Positions 51,071-62,721 of a stretch of DNA of 62,721 nucleotides are shown here, one piece after another; position 1 is the first letter of the stretch, and every line of letters starts with the position of its first letter. The translations under genes were made by a program, and so were the position numbers. The notes under the pieces were generated by a model that searched no databases, had not been told where the DNA came from, and saw only the letters and a program-made list of their open reading frames with translations. Origin of the DNA: Sluysia triapertura (lineage: Eukaryota); NCBI GenBank assembly GCA_046118255.1, contig JBJNIA010000010.1, positions 62,001 through 124,721 of the forward strand, read 5' to 3'.

Positions 51071-52255
51071 CTAAAAAATATTCTTATTTATAATAAATAA
51101 TTCATATCCTGTGCATATAACTTTCTTATTAAACTTATTATTCATATCTTGCAAAATTTTTTTAATTTTAGGATTTACATTTTTAGTGTAAACCTCAGAA
51201 TTTTCAAATTTAATATTATTAATTGATGCTCCAACTAATCGATATACTTTATCGGGATCATAAATAAAATTTAACAATTCTTTAGCTTTATTTTGTAATT
51301 CTTCTAATGATTTGAAACAATTTTTATTTGTAAAATGCTTATTCTTTTGCTTAAAATTATTATCTTTCAAGTATATTGAAAAAGAATAAATTTGAACATT
51401 TCAATTCAAGCAACTATCATAAACCACTTTTATATGTTGAGATAAATGATTTAATATATCTTTTTTATTAGATGTTTTATGCATAAAAGTATCAGAGCTA
51501 CTAATTGATTTAGGAAAGTTATTGTTATACTCTATATTGGATATATTCTTAATGGAAAAATCATTCTTTATCGATTCTAATCTATCACCTAAAATTTCTA
51601 TAAGTTTTTTTTGATTAGATTCTTGAAATAAATCTTCTATTAATAATAAATTATTAGTTTTTAAAACTTCATTAGTTTTCGTTCCAATGCCGATAATTTC
51701 ATTAATTTTTAATTTATAAAATTTTTCAACTACATCATTTTCATTTTCAATTATTGTTATTCCATTAGGTTTTTGATAATTACTAGCCATTTTCGCTAAG
51801 CTTTTATTTCATGCAATCCCGATGCTCACTGTAATATCTAATTTTTCTTTAATAGTTTTTTGTACATTTTTTGCCAAATAATATGGCGTTTTGTATTTTT
51901 TTATTAGCAAATTACAGTCAACATAACATTCATCGATTGATGCGATTTCGATTTTTCTTGTAAATTCATTTTTTATTATTTCAAAAAAATGTCGAGAAAC
52001 CTCACTATATCGTTCATAATTACTTTTGATAGATATCATATTAGGACATAATTTAAACGCTTTAAAAAGCGGCATACCTGCATGTATACCGTATTTTCTA
52101 GCTTCATAGCAACATGTACAAACTACCCCTCTTTTAATATCACCATCTATAACTCCACCAATTACTACTGGTTTATCTTTTAACTTAGGGTTTCATTTTT
52201 TTTCTAATTGCGCAAAAAAAGCATTTATATCAATATGCATTACTATATTATTCAT
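51071..52255 (-). CDS. dinB: DNA polymerase IV (Y family)
   Basis: HIDINAFFA, YEARKYG, SIDECY, KMAS..QKPNG. Confidence 0.93.
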
Positions 52256-53063
52256 ATAATTCTTTTCAAGCATTTGTAACAGTTATGGCAATTAAATTGT
52301 CAATATCCGGCATTTGTTTTAGATTATTTATACTTAAATGTAAAAAATACTCTATGTTTTTTTTAACATTGCCAAGAATTGGTGAATATGTTAAATTTTT
52401 TATATTTAAATTTTTCTTAATAAAGAAATTAATTAGTTCTTTTAATAAAGAGATATGAATATTTTTATCTTTGACTAAACCATTTTTAACATCTTCATAT
52501 CTAGCTTCAAATTGAGGTTTTATTAAAATTATTACTTCACAATTTTTACTCAATTTTAATGTTAATAAAGATTCAATAATATATTTAGTTGATATAAAAC
52601 TTACATCGATAACTACTAATTCGAAAATATCATTGAAGTCTATCGGGTTTGCCAATCTAAAATTATAATTTTCTAAGGAAATAACCTTATTATTGGTTTT
52701 TAATGTATTGTCTAGCTGATTAGTGCCCGAGTCTACAGCATATACTAATTTAGCACCATTTTGTAGTAAACAATCAGTAAATCCTCCAGTTGAGGAACCT
52801 ATATCTAAACATGTTTTACTTTTTACATCTATATTAAAACATTTAATTGCGTGTTCTAATTTATACCCGCCTCGAGAAATATATTTTTCTTTATTTTTTA
52901 TGTATAAAATCTGATCAATATTTAGTTTTTCAGAAATAGATAGTACTTTTAAAGTTTTTTCTTTATTTAAAAATATTCTCCCTTGCATAATAAAACTTTT
53001 TGATGATTTTTCATCTATATTCATTTGTAAACTTAGTAATTTATATGCTAGGATTTTTTTCAT
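52248..53063 (-). CDS. tlyA: TlyA family rRNA methyltransferase
   Basis: YISRGGYKL, DIGSSTGGFTDCLLQ, DVSFIS, LIKPQFE. Confidence 0.95.
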
Positions 53064-53064
53064 G

Positions 53065-54732
53065 CTATTTAATAATTTCTTTTATTTTTTTTAAGAAAAG
53101 ATCATGCTCTATATTATTTTCATCATAAGATATATGTTTAAAATTTAATCCTACACTATGTAAATTAGTTAAATTAGAAAATTCTTTTTTTAAATGTAAA
53201 TATAAACCGGTTTTTTCAAAATTTTCTTCTACAACATATATATTTTTATAATTCATTAAAGATTTAAGGATTACTTCCTTATCAAATTTATTTAAAAATA
53301 TAGCGTTTAAAATGTTTATTGGAGATCCATTAATAAAGATTTCATTCATACACTCAATAAAAGCATTACCATAACTTATTATTAAAGTGCTACTAAGATT
53401 ATTAGAATTAAATAACTTTCAGTTATCGATTTTTTTAAAATTAGAATGATTTGTATCTAAAAGTGGTTTCTTAAATTTTTCTGTTCTAATAAACAAGGTC
53501 TGCTCTTCTTCTAAATAATTTTTTAATAATTCTTGGTACTCTTCTTCATTAGAAGGATGTGCAATAATAACATTTGGAATAGCTTCTATTAAAAAATTTA
53601 AATCAAAAAGTCCTTGATGGCTTGCCCCATCCGAACCAACTAAACCACAATTCTGAATATTAATGCATATAGGTAACTTTAATCTAGAAACATCGTGTAT
53701 TATTTGATCAAATGTTCTTTGTAAGAATGTACTATACATCAAAATTAAGACTTTATTTCTTTCTTTAACTAAACCACACGCCATTAAAACAGCTAACTCT
53801 TCACTTATTCCTACATCATATATTTGATGATTAAAACCTTTAATATTACTTAAACCACTTCCTATAAATGTTCCAGGACATATAATTTTATTATTACTAT
53901 TGTTATTTAAATAGAAAATTAAGGAATCTCTAATTATAGAAGATCATTTTATATTTTCACTATTAGATTCTTTTAATGAATGAAAATCTCCCGCCACATC
54001 TATATAGTCAAAATCATTATGAAATCCCTTTGTTGTTTTTATATGAATCAAGACATTGTTTTTGTATTTTTTCACTTTATTGAAAACTTGAATTAATTGA
54101 TGGATATTATGGCCATCATTAATTTTTATATATTTAATTCCAGAAGATTTAGCCAAATCACTAACATTATTTTTCTCCAATGCTATTGCCCCAACAGTTG
54201 GTGAAATAGACATTTGATTATCATTAATCACTATAATATGATTTTTAGAATTAGATAAATTCTTTAATTGCATAAGTGACTCAAGATTAATACCATTTAT
54301 AAAGGAAGCATCACCAATTACAGAAATAATTTTCTTTCAATTTTTGTTTAAACTATACCCTATAGCATATCCAAGAGAAGTACCCGCGTGCCCAGCATCT
54401 AAATGGTCATATTCACATTCTTCAAATGATTGAAAGCCGGAAATACCATTTTCTTTTCTTAAATTATTAAATTTGTTTATTCTATTAGTTAATATTTTGT
54501 GAGTATAAGCTTGATGGCCAATATCAAATAATAATTTATTTTCTTTTAAATCAAAGACATGGTGTAAAGATAATGTTATTTCGATAATTCCTAGATTACT
54601 AGATAAATGTCCACCAGTTTTCTTGATTGATTGAGTTAAAAAGTTTCTAATTTCGTTACTTAAATCTATTAAATCTTTTTCAGATAATTTAGAAAGCATA
54701 TCATAACTAAAATTTTGCTCTAAAATATTCAT
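53065..54732 (-). CDS. dxs: 1-deoxy-D-xylulose-5-phosphate synthase
   Basis: GGHLSSNLG, DIGHQAYTHKILT, GHAGTS, NDNQMSI, YSTFLQR, DGASHQG. Confidence 0.93.
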
Positions 54733-54748
54733 ACAAAATAATTATAAA

Positions 54749-55429
54749 TTAAACATTATAGAAAAAATAACCATTAATAGATTTAATAATTTTATTAAAA
54801 TTTTCTAATTTAGAATTTCTTAAGTAATCTATGTATTTTTCATTAGCATAATTCATAATTCTAAATGTTTGATATATTTTATTTTTTTCAAATAAAAAGT
54901 TATTAGTTTTGTATTTAATGGAATAAAAAGAATAATCCATATTTAAATAACAAAATCAGAAAATGTAATATAAAAAAAATTTCATTTTTGGATCCGCATC
55001 TTTAAATATATCAACAAACATAAGTGCAGTATGATTTACTTCTTGCAAATGTAATTTTATATCTTCCCTTAAATTTATCATTTTTTTATCTTCATATTTG
55101 AATAAAAGATTTTTGCTATGTATAGATACTTTTGTATCAATTTCATGAATATATGACAAATAATTAATTACAAGGATGATATTAAACCTAATGATTTCTT
55201 TTTCATTAAACTGTAAATTTAATTCTTTACAAATTGTTTTAGAGACATAATAAAATACTCAATTAGATTTTCTTAGATATTTAAATAACTTTAAAGTTTG
55301 TTTATAAGATAAATTTATAGATTTATTGCGGAAAAAAGATATATTAAATTTTGTTCAGGTAGAAACAAAAAAATCTCAATTTTTTAATTTTAATATATTT
55401 ATCCTTAAATCTTTAATTTTATGGCTCAT
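54749..55429 (-). CDS. hypothetical protein at the ispA position (possible decayed prenyltransferase)
   Basis: 226-aa frame under code 4 between xseB and dxs; INYLSYIHEID; no DDxxD. Confidence 0.6.
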
Positions 55430-55432
55430 CTA

Positions 55433-55675
55433 TTACTCTATAATTTCTTCTGAAATTTCATCTTGTTCATTTACTATTTTGATTTTTTTTATTTCTTTTT
55501 CAATAATATCAATTTGTTCTTTGCAATATTCAACAAGTTCTGAACCTTCCTTATACAACTTAATAGCCTTTTCTATTTCTATGTCCTCATTTTCAAGCTG
55601 CGAAACTATTATTTCTAATTTTTTAGAAGCCTTTTCATATGTTAAATTAGCTACATCAATAATTTTATATTTCAT
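55433..55675 (-). CDS. xseB: exodeoxyribonuclease VII small subunit
   Basis: [17 protein letters not shown]...AIKLYKEG. Confidence 0.92.
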   Translation of the reverse strand: MKYKIIDVANLTYEKASKKLEIIVSQLENEDIEIEKAIKLYKEGSELVEYCKEQIDIIEKEIKKIKIVNEQDEISEEIIE

Positions 55676-56879
55676 GGTTTTCCTTTATTATTTTTACATT
55701 TAAGTTAATTTCATCTTCATATAATATAACTCTTAAATTGGAATTATTTTTTATATCTTGTTTATTTTTTACTATTTTTTGTTCATCGTTATATATAATT
55801 GAGTATCCTTTTTGCAATATAGCAAAAGGATTAAGTATTTCTAATTTATTTTTTGCTAAATTAATTACATTTAATTGTTTTTGAACAAATAAATTTTTAT
55901 ATTTATTAAAAGTTAATGATAATAAGCTATGTTTATATTTTAGCTTGGTATGAATTTTACCTAAATATTCATATAAATCATATGATACTTCAGAGTTTTT
56001 TTCTTTACATACAATGATTTTTTGCTCTAATATTTCTGTAATTTTATTTTGAATATTAGATAACTCTAGTCTAATATCTTGAGTTGTTTTATTTGTAACT
56101 ATTTCGGCAGCAGCAGTTGGCGTTACTGCTCTTTTATCAGCAACAAAGTCGATTGTAGTTGTATCTATTTCATGACCTACTCCAGAAACTATAATATGTT
56201 TACAATTAAATGCTGCTCTAGCTACTTTTTCCTCATTAAAAGATCATAAGTCTTCAATGCTGCCCCCGCCTCTAGCAATTATTAAAACATCCAAATTATA
56301 TTTATTGGTTTGATTAATTTTTTTAACTATATCATCGGCTGATTTTTCACCTTGTACAATACACGGAAATAAATAAACATTTGCAAAGTTATTTCTTCTA
56401 GCGATTGTTCTACATATATCGCGCAATGCTGCCCCCGTATACGAAGTTATAATGCCTATGTTTTGCGAAAATGAAGGAATTAATCTTTTGCGGTTAAATA
56501 AACCTTCCTTGTGGAGTTTTTCTTGCAAAACTTTTAATTGCTCAAAAATATTGCCTTGGCCAATAATTTCAGCATTTTGTACTATAACACCATATTCACC
56601 ACGAGGTTCATATAATGAAATATAACCTGTAATTCTAATAGAAAAATTTTTATTTTGATATTGTTGGCTTCATGCACCTAGTTTATCTACAAGTGCAGTA
56701 TTAAAACAACTAGCTCTAATAATAGAAGTCTTATCTTTTAATGAAAAATAAGCATATTTTTGATATATTTTGAAATTGCTTACTTCACCCTCAATTAATA
56801 AATTTTTAAAACTAAAATCACTTTCGATTAAAGTTTTAATTTTTTTATTTATTTCACTAACTGTGTAAACTTTATTCAT
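55665..56879 (-). CDS. xseA: exodeoxyribonuclease VII large subunit
   Basis: [30 protein letters not shown](W), [14 protein letters not shown]. Confidence 0.96.
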
Positions 56880-56880
56880 A

Positions 56881-57306
56881 TTAAATTAAATTTAATTCGT
56901 GTTTATTAATTTTATCTAACACTAGATTAATCACTTTATAAGTATTTTCTTCACAATATTGCTTGGCAATAACTATTGCTTCATTAATAATAATTGGTGC
57001 TGGTGTTTTTAAAATTCTCATTTCATAGCTTGAATACAATAAAATGGCTTTTGCTACATTATTTAATCTTTTAAATTTTCATTCACTTGGTAAATTATTA
57101 TTAATAATATTTTCTAGTCGTTGAGAAATTTTTAGGCATTCAGTTAGATTTTTAATACTAGTTTCATTAAGATCATGGTTATCTTCAAAAACCTTATTAA
57201 TTAATTGTGTATATGGAATGTCAAGTAGATAGTATTGATAAATGGATTTAATTATTAAAACTCTTTGCTCATGGAAGCTATTAATGTTTGATGATTTTTT
57301 GTTCAT
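56881..57306 (-). CDS. nusB: transcription antitermination factor NusB
   Basis: W.FKRL, IIINEAI, INLVLDK; synteny. Confidence 0.9.
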
Positions 57307-57307
57307 G

Positions 57308-57718
57308 TTATTTTTTACTTGGATAAACTATAACATTTATATTTTTTGCTTCAATATTTAAAATATTCTTCAAAATTTTTGCTACATTTGTTTGAATCTT
57401 CTGCGCAGTTTCTGTAAAATTAATGCTTTTGTCTAACATTATTGCAATTGTTATTTCAACAATGTTATTTTCAACATTACATTTAATACTTTGAACATTT
57501 TTATCTTCATAAAGTGTTATGTTTTTATTTTTATTAAAATATTCTTTTATAAGTGATTGAATTGCTGAAGCACTACAAAAATATATAAAATTTGGTTTTT
57601 TATATTCATCAAATGAATAGTATTTCTTTTTAAATAAATGCAAGCTTAAAATAGGATCTTTATTTTCACTATCAAATATTTCATTTATTTTAATTTTTTT
57701 ATTATTTGTATTTTCCAT
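57308..57718 (-). CDS. Asp23/Gls24 family protein (YqhY-like)
   Basis: C-terminal AQKIQTNV...INVIV; position before nusB. Confidence 0.65.
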   Translation of the reverse strand: MENTNNKKIKINEIFDSENKDPILSLHLFKKKYYSFDEYKKPNFIYFCSASAIQSLIKEYFNKNKNITLYEDKNVQSIKCNVENNIVEITIAIMLDKSINFTETAQKIQTNVAKILKNILNIEAKNINVIVYPSKK

Positions 57719-57778
57719 AATTTTATTATCTTATATTTTCTTAAATATTTACTTAAATAAAGTTAAATATTTATTAAA

Positions 57779-58336
57779 TTAAGCACGTGAAACATATTTT
57801 TCTGATTCTGTGTCTATAATAACAGAATCATTTTTGTTAATAAACATCGGAACACTAATTTCTAATCCAGTTTCAAGAATCGCTTTTTTTTGTGGATTAT
57901 TAACAGAGTTACCCTTCGCAGAAGCATCACAATCAACAATTTTTAATGTAACTCTTAAAGGTAAATTTACTGAAAGGATTTCTTTATCATAGAATGTTAT
58001 ATCAACATTTTGCCCCTCAATTAAAAACTTTAATTCTTTTGTTATTTTATTTTTAGCTATTTCATATTGCTCATAACTTACACTATCCATAAAAACAGCA
58101 AAATTTCCATCAATGTATAAATATTGTGCTTGTTTTTTTTCTATAAATGCTGGCTTAACTTTTTCACCTGTAACAAATGTGTAAGAAATTATCGCTCCAG
58201 TTCTTAAATTTTTAACTTTTAATTTTATATGTGCCTGGCGCATAGCGCTTTTTGAAAATTGACTTTCAATTACTTGAAAAATATTATTTTCAAATTCATA
58301 AGTAGTTCCTGGTTTTAAATCGATTACATCTATCAT
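57779..58336 (-). CDS. efp: elongation factor P
   Basis: DLKPG, KNLRTG, KGNS, LETGLEISVPMFI, YVSRA. Confidence 0.96.
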   Translation of the reverse strand: MIDVIDLKPGTTYEFENNIFQVIESQFSKSAMRQAHIKLKVKNLRTGAIISYTFVTGEKVKPAFIEKKQAQYLYIDGNFAVFMDSVSYEQYEIAKNKITKELKFLIEGQNVDITFYDKEILSVNLPLRVTLKIVDCDASAKGNSVNNPQKKAILETGLEISVPMFINKNDSVIIDTESEKYVSRA

Positions 58337-58346
58337 ATTAATTTCC

Positions 58347-59435
58347 TTATTTTTTTAATATTATTAAATTTTTGGGACATTCATTTAATACCCTGCATGA
58401 ATGTTTAAGAACTTGAACATCACATTCAATTCTTACGCCTCCTAGATTAGGGATATATATTCCTGGTTCAATAGTTATAACATTATTTTCTTGCAATTCT
58501 GAATTATTTAAACTATTCAAGTAAGGAGGTTCATGGACCTCAATACCTAATCCGTGACCCAATCCATGAATATAAAATTGTCCATATCCTTCTTGGGTAA
58601 TATAGTCGCGAACTATTTTATCTAATTCACTAGCTTTTATCCCCGCTTTAACGTTTGCTATTCCTAATAATTGTGCCTTAGCAACAATATTTCATATTTT
58701 TAATAATTCTGGATGAGGATCATTTATAAAAAAAGTTCTTGTTTGATCACAAGCATATCCATTAACTATAATCCCACAATCTATAAGAATAATATCATTT
58801 TTAGATAGTAATTTATTAGTAGGATTAGCATGAGGAAGTGCCGAATTAGTACCGAATGATACTATAGTGTCAAAACTTAAATTTTCGGCACCTTTTATTT
58901 TAAGGAAATGCTCTAATTCAGCGGCAGTCTCAATTTCACTAACACCAGGTTTAATTCAATCTTGTATGTGTTTAATACCTAAGTTTAAAATGTCTGCACC
59001 TTTTTTGATATTATCTATTTCTGTTTGGTCCTTAATCATTCTTAAATTTAGAGTTTTTACTGGTTTTATATTGATATTTAAAGATTCTAATTTAGATTTG
59101 ATATTTAAATAATTATCATATGTTAAATATTCTGATTCAATACCGATAGTTTTGATATCATATTTTTTAGCAACTTCATTTACTTTTTCTAATGTATTTT
59201 TTAATGTTCTATTAGTAATATATATGTCAGAAATATTAATTATATCTTTATTTGTTTTAACATACTGTTCATATCTACCATCGATTAATAACAAGGAAAT
59301 ATCCTTAGATACTAAAATTTCCCCTGCAGTAGATTTAATATTACTAAATCATCTTCTTGTATAGCAATCTGTAATTAATAGTGCATCTATTTTATTTTCT
59401 TGTAAAAAATTTAAAACTTTTTCTTTTTTCGTCAT
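58347..59435 (-). CDS. Xaa-Pro aminopeptidase (M24, YqhT/PapA-like)
   Basis: DGRY, SALPH, HGLGHGLGIEVHE, TIEPGIY, GGVRIE. Confidence 0.93.
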
Positions 59436-59584
59436 TATTTTTTTTCTTTGTGATTAGTTTGTTTGTTACATCTTTTACAGAATTTTAAAAATTCAACTCT
59501 CTCTGTTTTAGTTTTTTTATTTTTTTTAGTTCTGTAATTTTCTTCTCCACACTCTGTGCATTTTAATGTTATTCCAACTCTCAT
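59435..59584 (-). CDS. rpmG: 50S ribosomal protein L33 (zinc-binding type)
   Basis: [17 protein letters not shown]...[14 protein letters not shown], 49 aa; missing from the ORF track. Confidence 0.96.
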   Translation of the reverse strand: MRVGITLKCTECGEENYRTKKNKKTKTERVEFLKFCKRCNKQTNHKEKK

Positions 59585-59687
59585 TATTTACCCCTTCGGT
59601 TAATTAGTATATATATAGATAAAATTATAATAAATATTATAAAAATAAGAAATCCTATTTATATAATTTTGTAATAATATATATTAT

Positions 59688-60764
59688 ATGAAAAATCATC
59701 GTGAAACTACTAGACAAGTAAAAGTCGGTAATCTAATTATTGGCGGCAGAAATAAAGTTGTCATACAAAGTATGACAACCACTAAAACCAAGGATTGAGA
59801 AAATACATTAAAACAAATTGAAGAATTACACAAAAATGGTTGTGAAATAGTTAGGGTTGCTATTTTAGATGAAGAAGATGCTAATGCATTGAAATATGTT
59901 ACTAAATTAAGTCCAGTACCAATAGTAGCAGACATCCACTTTAAGCATGATTTAGCCTTACTAGCTATCAAAAATGGTGTTTCTAAAATTAGAATTAATC
60001 CTGGAAATATTGGTTCTAAAGAAAAAATTATTGAAGTTGTGGAAGCTTGTAGAAGCAAAAATATCCCAATAAGAATAGGGATAAATGCTGGAAGTTTGCC
60101 AAAACATATATTTAATAAATACGGTATGACTTCAGAAGGACTAATTGAAGCTGCTAAAGAAAATGTACAAATTCTAGAGGATTTAAATTTTTTTAATTAT
60201 ATTCTTTCAATCAAAACTACTGATCCTTTAATTGCAATAGATGCATATACTAAAGCATCAAAATTATTTAAATGCCCTCTTCACTTAGGAATAACAGAAT
60301 CAGGTAGTTTACTGAGAGGCTCTGTTAAATCATCATATGCACTTGGTAGATTATTAGAAAATGGTATTGGCGACACTATGAGAATATCATTAAGCTGTGA
60401 CCCAGTAAACGAAGTATTGGTAGCTAAAGAAATTCTAGGTATATTGAATTTATCAAACAAAGTTTATCCTAAATTAATTTCGTGCCCAACTTGCGGAAGA
60501 ATTCAATATAACATGTTTCCAATTGTTGAAGAAATTGAAAAATTTTTGAATGTTATTGAAGGTAAAGTTAAAGTAGCTATTATGGGTTGTGTTGTTAATG
60601 GTATCGGTGAAGCACAAGATGCTGATATAACTGTAGTTGGATCATATAAAAAAGGTCTAATTTATGTAGATAAAAAACTTATTAAAATAGTTCCAGAGCC
60701 TGAAATAGTTAAAGAATTAAAACAAATTATTCTACATTATTTAGAAAATAAATCCGGCAATTAA
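59688..60764 (+). CDS. ispG: 4-hydroxy-3-methylbut-2-en-1-yl diphosphate synthase
   Basis: [40 protein letters not shown]. Confidence 0.97.
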
Positions 60765-60791
60765 CTTTAAGTGAAAATATTATTATATTAA

Positions 60792-61757
60792 TTATTGTTT
60801 TTTAGCAACAGCAATAAATAAGCGAGCTAATCCAAAAAAATTTAATTTTCTATTTAATTCTGTTTTAGAAATTAATATTGTATCGCCTTTATAAATCGTT
60901 TTATCATTTATTATGCATTGACCCTTAATACATGTAACAAATAAGAAATCATTAGATAATTCAGGCAATACCAAATCATCATTGTTTAAATCAAAATCAT
61001 ATAGGGAAAAATATTGATTATCAATTATTCTTTTTAATGTAGATTTATGAGAAGATAATTTTATTTTATGTTTTTTTCTAGATTTGGAAGTTTTTTGTGG
61101 GCAAGTAATGACATTAATTGATTCTTCGATATTTAGCTCTCTTGGTTTGCCATCTTGTAATCGGTCATAATCATATATTCTAAATGTAGTATCAGATGAT
61201 TGTTGTAATTCATAAATCATCGTTCCTGCTTTTAATCCATGAACTGTTCCAGGTTTGATATCGAAAATATCACCTTCTTTAATATTTATAGTACGAATTA
61301 ATTTTTTTCAATTTTTATCTTCAATTAAACTTCTTAGCTCTGTTTTATTTCTAGCATTATGCCCTAAAACTAATTTTTGATCATTTTCACACTGTAAAAT
61401 GTATCAACATTCTGATTTTCCATAAGGTAAGTGGAGTTTTTCTCTTGCATATACATCATCCGGGTGAACTTGTACACTTAAATCTTGAGTAGCATCTAAT
61501 AATTTTAAAAGTAATGGAAATTTTTCATCTTTACTTTTTGTAAAATTATTAAATACATGTTGTTCTTTCTCTCATAAACGAGAGAGCTTCATCCCTCGGT
61601 ATCTTCCAGTCTTAACAATTGTTTCAAAATTAGGAATAGCACTAACTAATCATGCTTCGCCTACATTTTTTAAATCTGTATCAAAATTAAAATTTTCTTT
61701 AAGTTTGTCTCCGCCTCAAATTTTAGAAACAAAAAGTGGTTCAAAATATATAATCAT
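60792..61757 (-). CDS. manA: mannose-6-phosphate isomerase, class I
   Basis: (W)[26 protein letters not shown](W), [15 protein letters not shown]. Confidence 0.94.
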
Positions 61758-61780
61758 ATATAGAAATTATAAATCCGATC

Positions 61781-62721
61781 TTATTTGGTTTTATTATTTT
61801 TATTTTTAAATTTTAAATAACTAGGTAATTTATTTTTTTTGGATAAATAATTATATGAAGAACCAAATAATAATATTGCTCCTGCGATTGCCCCAATTGC
61901 TATTCCGGCAATTGCCCCACCACTTAAACCTCCAGAGGCAGGATTAATAATAGGTCCATCACCAGGATAATTTAGTTTTATACCCTTCAATACATCTGTT
62001 AAATTTTGAATATAAATAGGTGTTGTTTTGGCACTATAATATTTTCTTACATTAAACATTTGTTCAAGATTAATATCTGTACAAACATTACTTAAAATAT
62101 ACATATATTGATTAAACATTGAATCTGAATTAGAATTTTTTTTATCAATTAATCATTGTTTAGTATTGGAGATTATATTTGAAAAATAGTTAATATTATC
62201 AGTTGTATATTGATTCATTATCTTTATAAAATCATTAGAACTAGTGTTGGAAGTTAAATTACTATAATCTTGAATTGTGTTATTATAAGAGTCTAAAATT
62301 GTTTGATATTTTGGAAAATAATATTTATATTCACTTAAAGAAACACCCGTGAAAGGGTTAGCTAAAACATAATCTTTAACCGGAATTTTATTTGTAAAAC
62401 CGCCTCATTGACCTGGAATAAATATTGATGCTGTATTTATATCTGGTTGATGTTTATTTGCCATAATTTTTGTATACAAATCTCATGAGCAATTATCAGA
62501 AGAAAAAATTTTTATTACACTAGGACTAAATAAAAATGGTGAAAAATTTGAATTACTAAACTGTGTACCGTTAACGTTATCATTAGGAAATGGCATTATA
62601 ACCATGTTAAACATTAAATACTGTAGTGCTAATTGAGGGTTATTACTAAAATCATTAGTTCCGAAGTTAATATAGTTTTCAGTTGCATATCCTTGTGTAT
62701 ATAAAAAATTTCCTACTCCAT
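61781..62721 (-). CDS. 3' part of a surface protein with C-terminal TM anchor (partial)
   Basis: Frame open to the window edge; GLSGGAIAGIAIGAIAGAILLFG followed by a basic tail. Confidence 0.75.

Noticed and set aside
52248-53063. TlyA as a hemolysin/virulence factor
   Set aside because: Housekeeping position after dxs and methyltransferase motifs; nothing in the sequence supports a toxin role
59667-59694. dif-like site TTTTGTAATAA-TATATA-TTATATGAAAA
   Set aside because: Only a partial arm match in very AT-rich DNA; overlaps the ispG promoter and start codon
1748-60058. Antisense and alternate-frame ORFs in the track (e.g. 1748-2128, 32229-32834, 40009-40341, 55326-55703, 59696-60058)
   Set aside because: Shadows of well-supported genes, with no motifs of their own
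127-62119. Widespread pseudogenisation suggested by split ORFs
   Set aside because: The breaks I checked are in-frame TGA codons, many at conserved Trp positions; no frameshifts found

Overview
Very AT-rich chromosomal segment of a Mollicute-type bacterium that uses genetic code 4 (TGA = Trp). The supplied ORF track is fragmented at every TGA; read with code 4, the fragments join into intact genes. The window is mostly housekeeping and keeps Bacillus-like gene order: dxr-polC-rimP-nusA-infB-rbfA-truB-ribF-rpsO-rnj-ftsK; trx-uvrC; ysnB-tRNA-Arg-tig-lon-engB-valS; comEC-rpsT-lepA-hemW; then a minus-strand block rpmG-pepP-efp-asp23-nusB-xseAB-dxs-tlyA-dinB-nfo, followed by ispG and manA. It encodes MEP-pathway and Fe-S/diiron enzymes. 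I found no mobile element, CRISPR array or rRNA. The best candidate for an undescribed system is the insert between lepA and hemW. It holds a palindrome, then a ~240-nt terminator-ended structured RNA with several anti-RBS/anti-AUG segments (one near-complementary to the rpsO start region), then a catalytically degenerate Fic-wHTH gene. Other oddities are EF-P with Met at the modified-Lys position, a LITAF-like Zn/membrane protein, a decayed IspA-like gene and a 27-aa membrane micropeptide. All calls come from manual reading and motif recognition; no searches were run.
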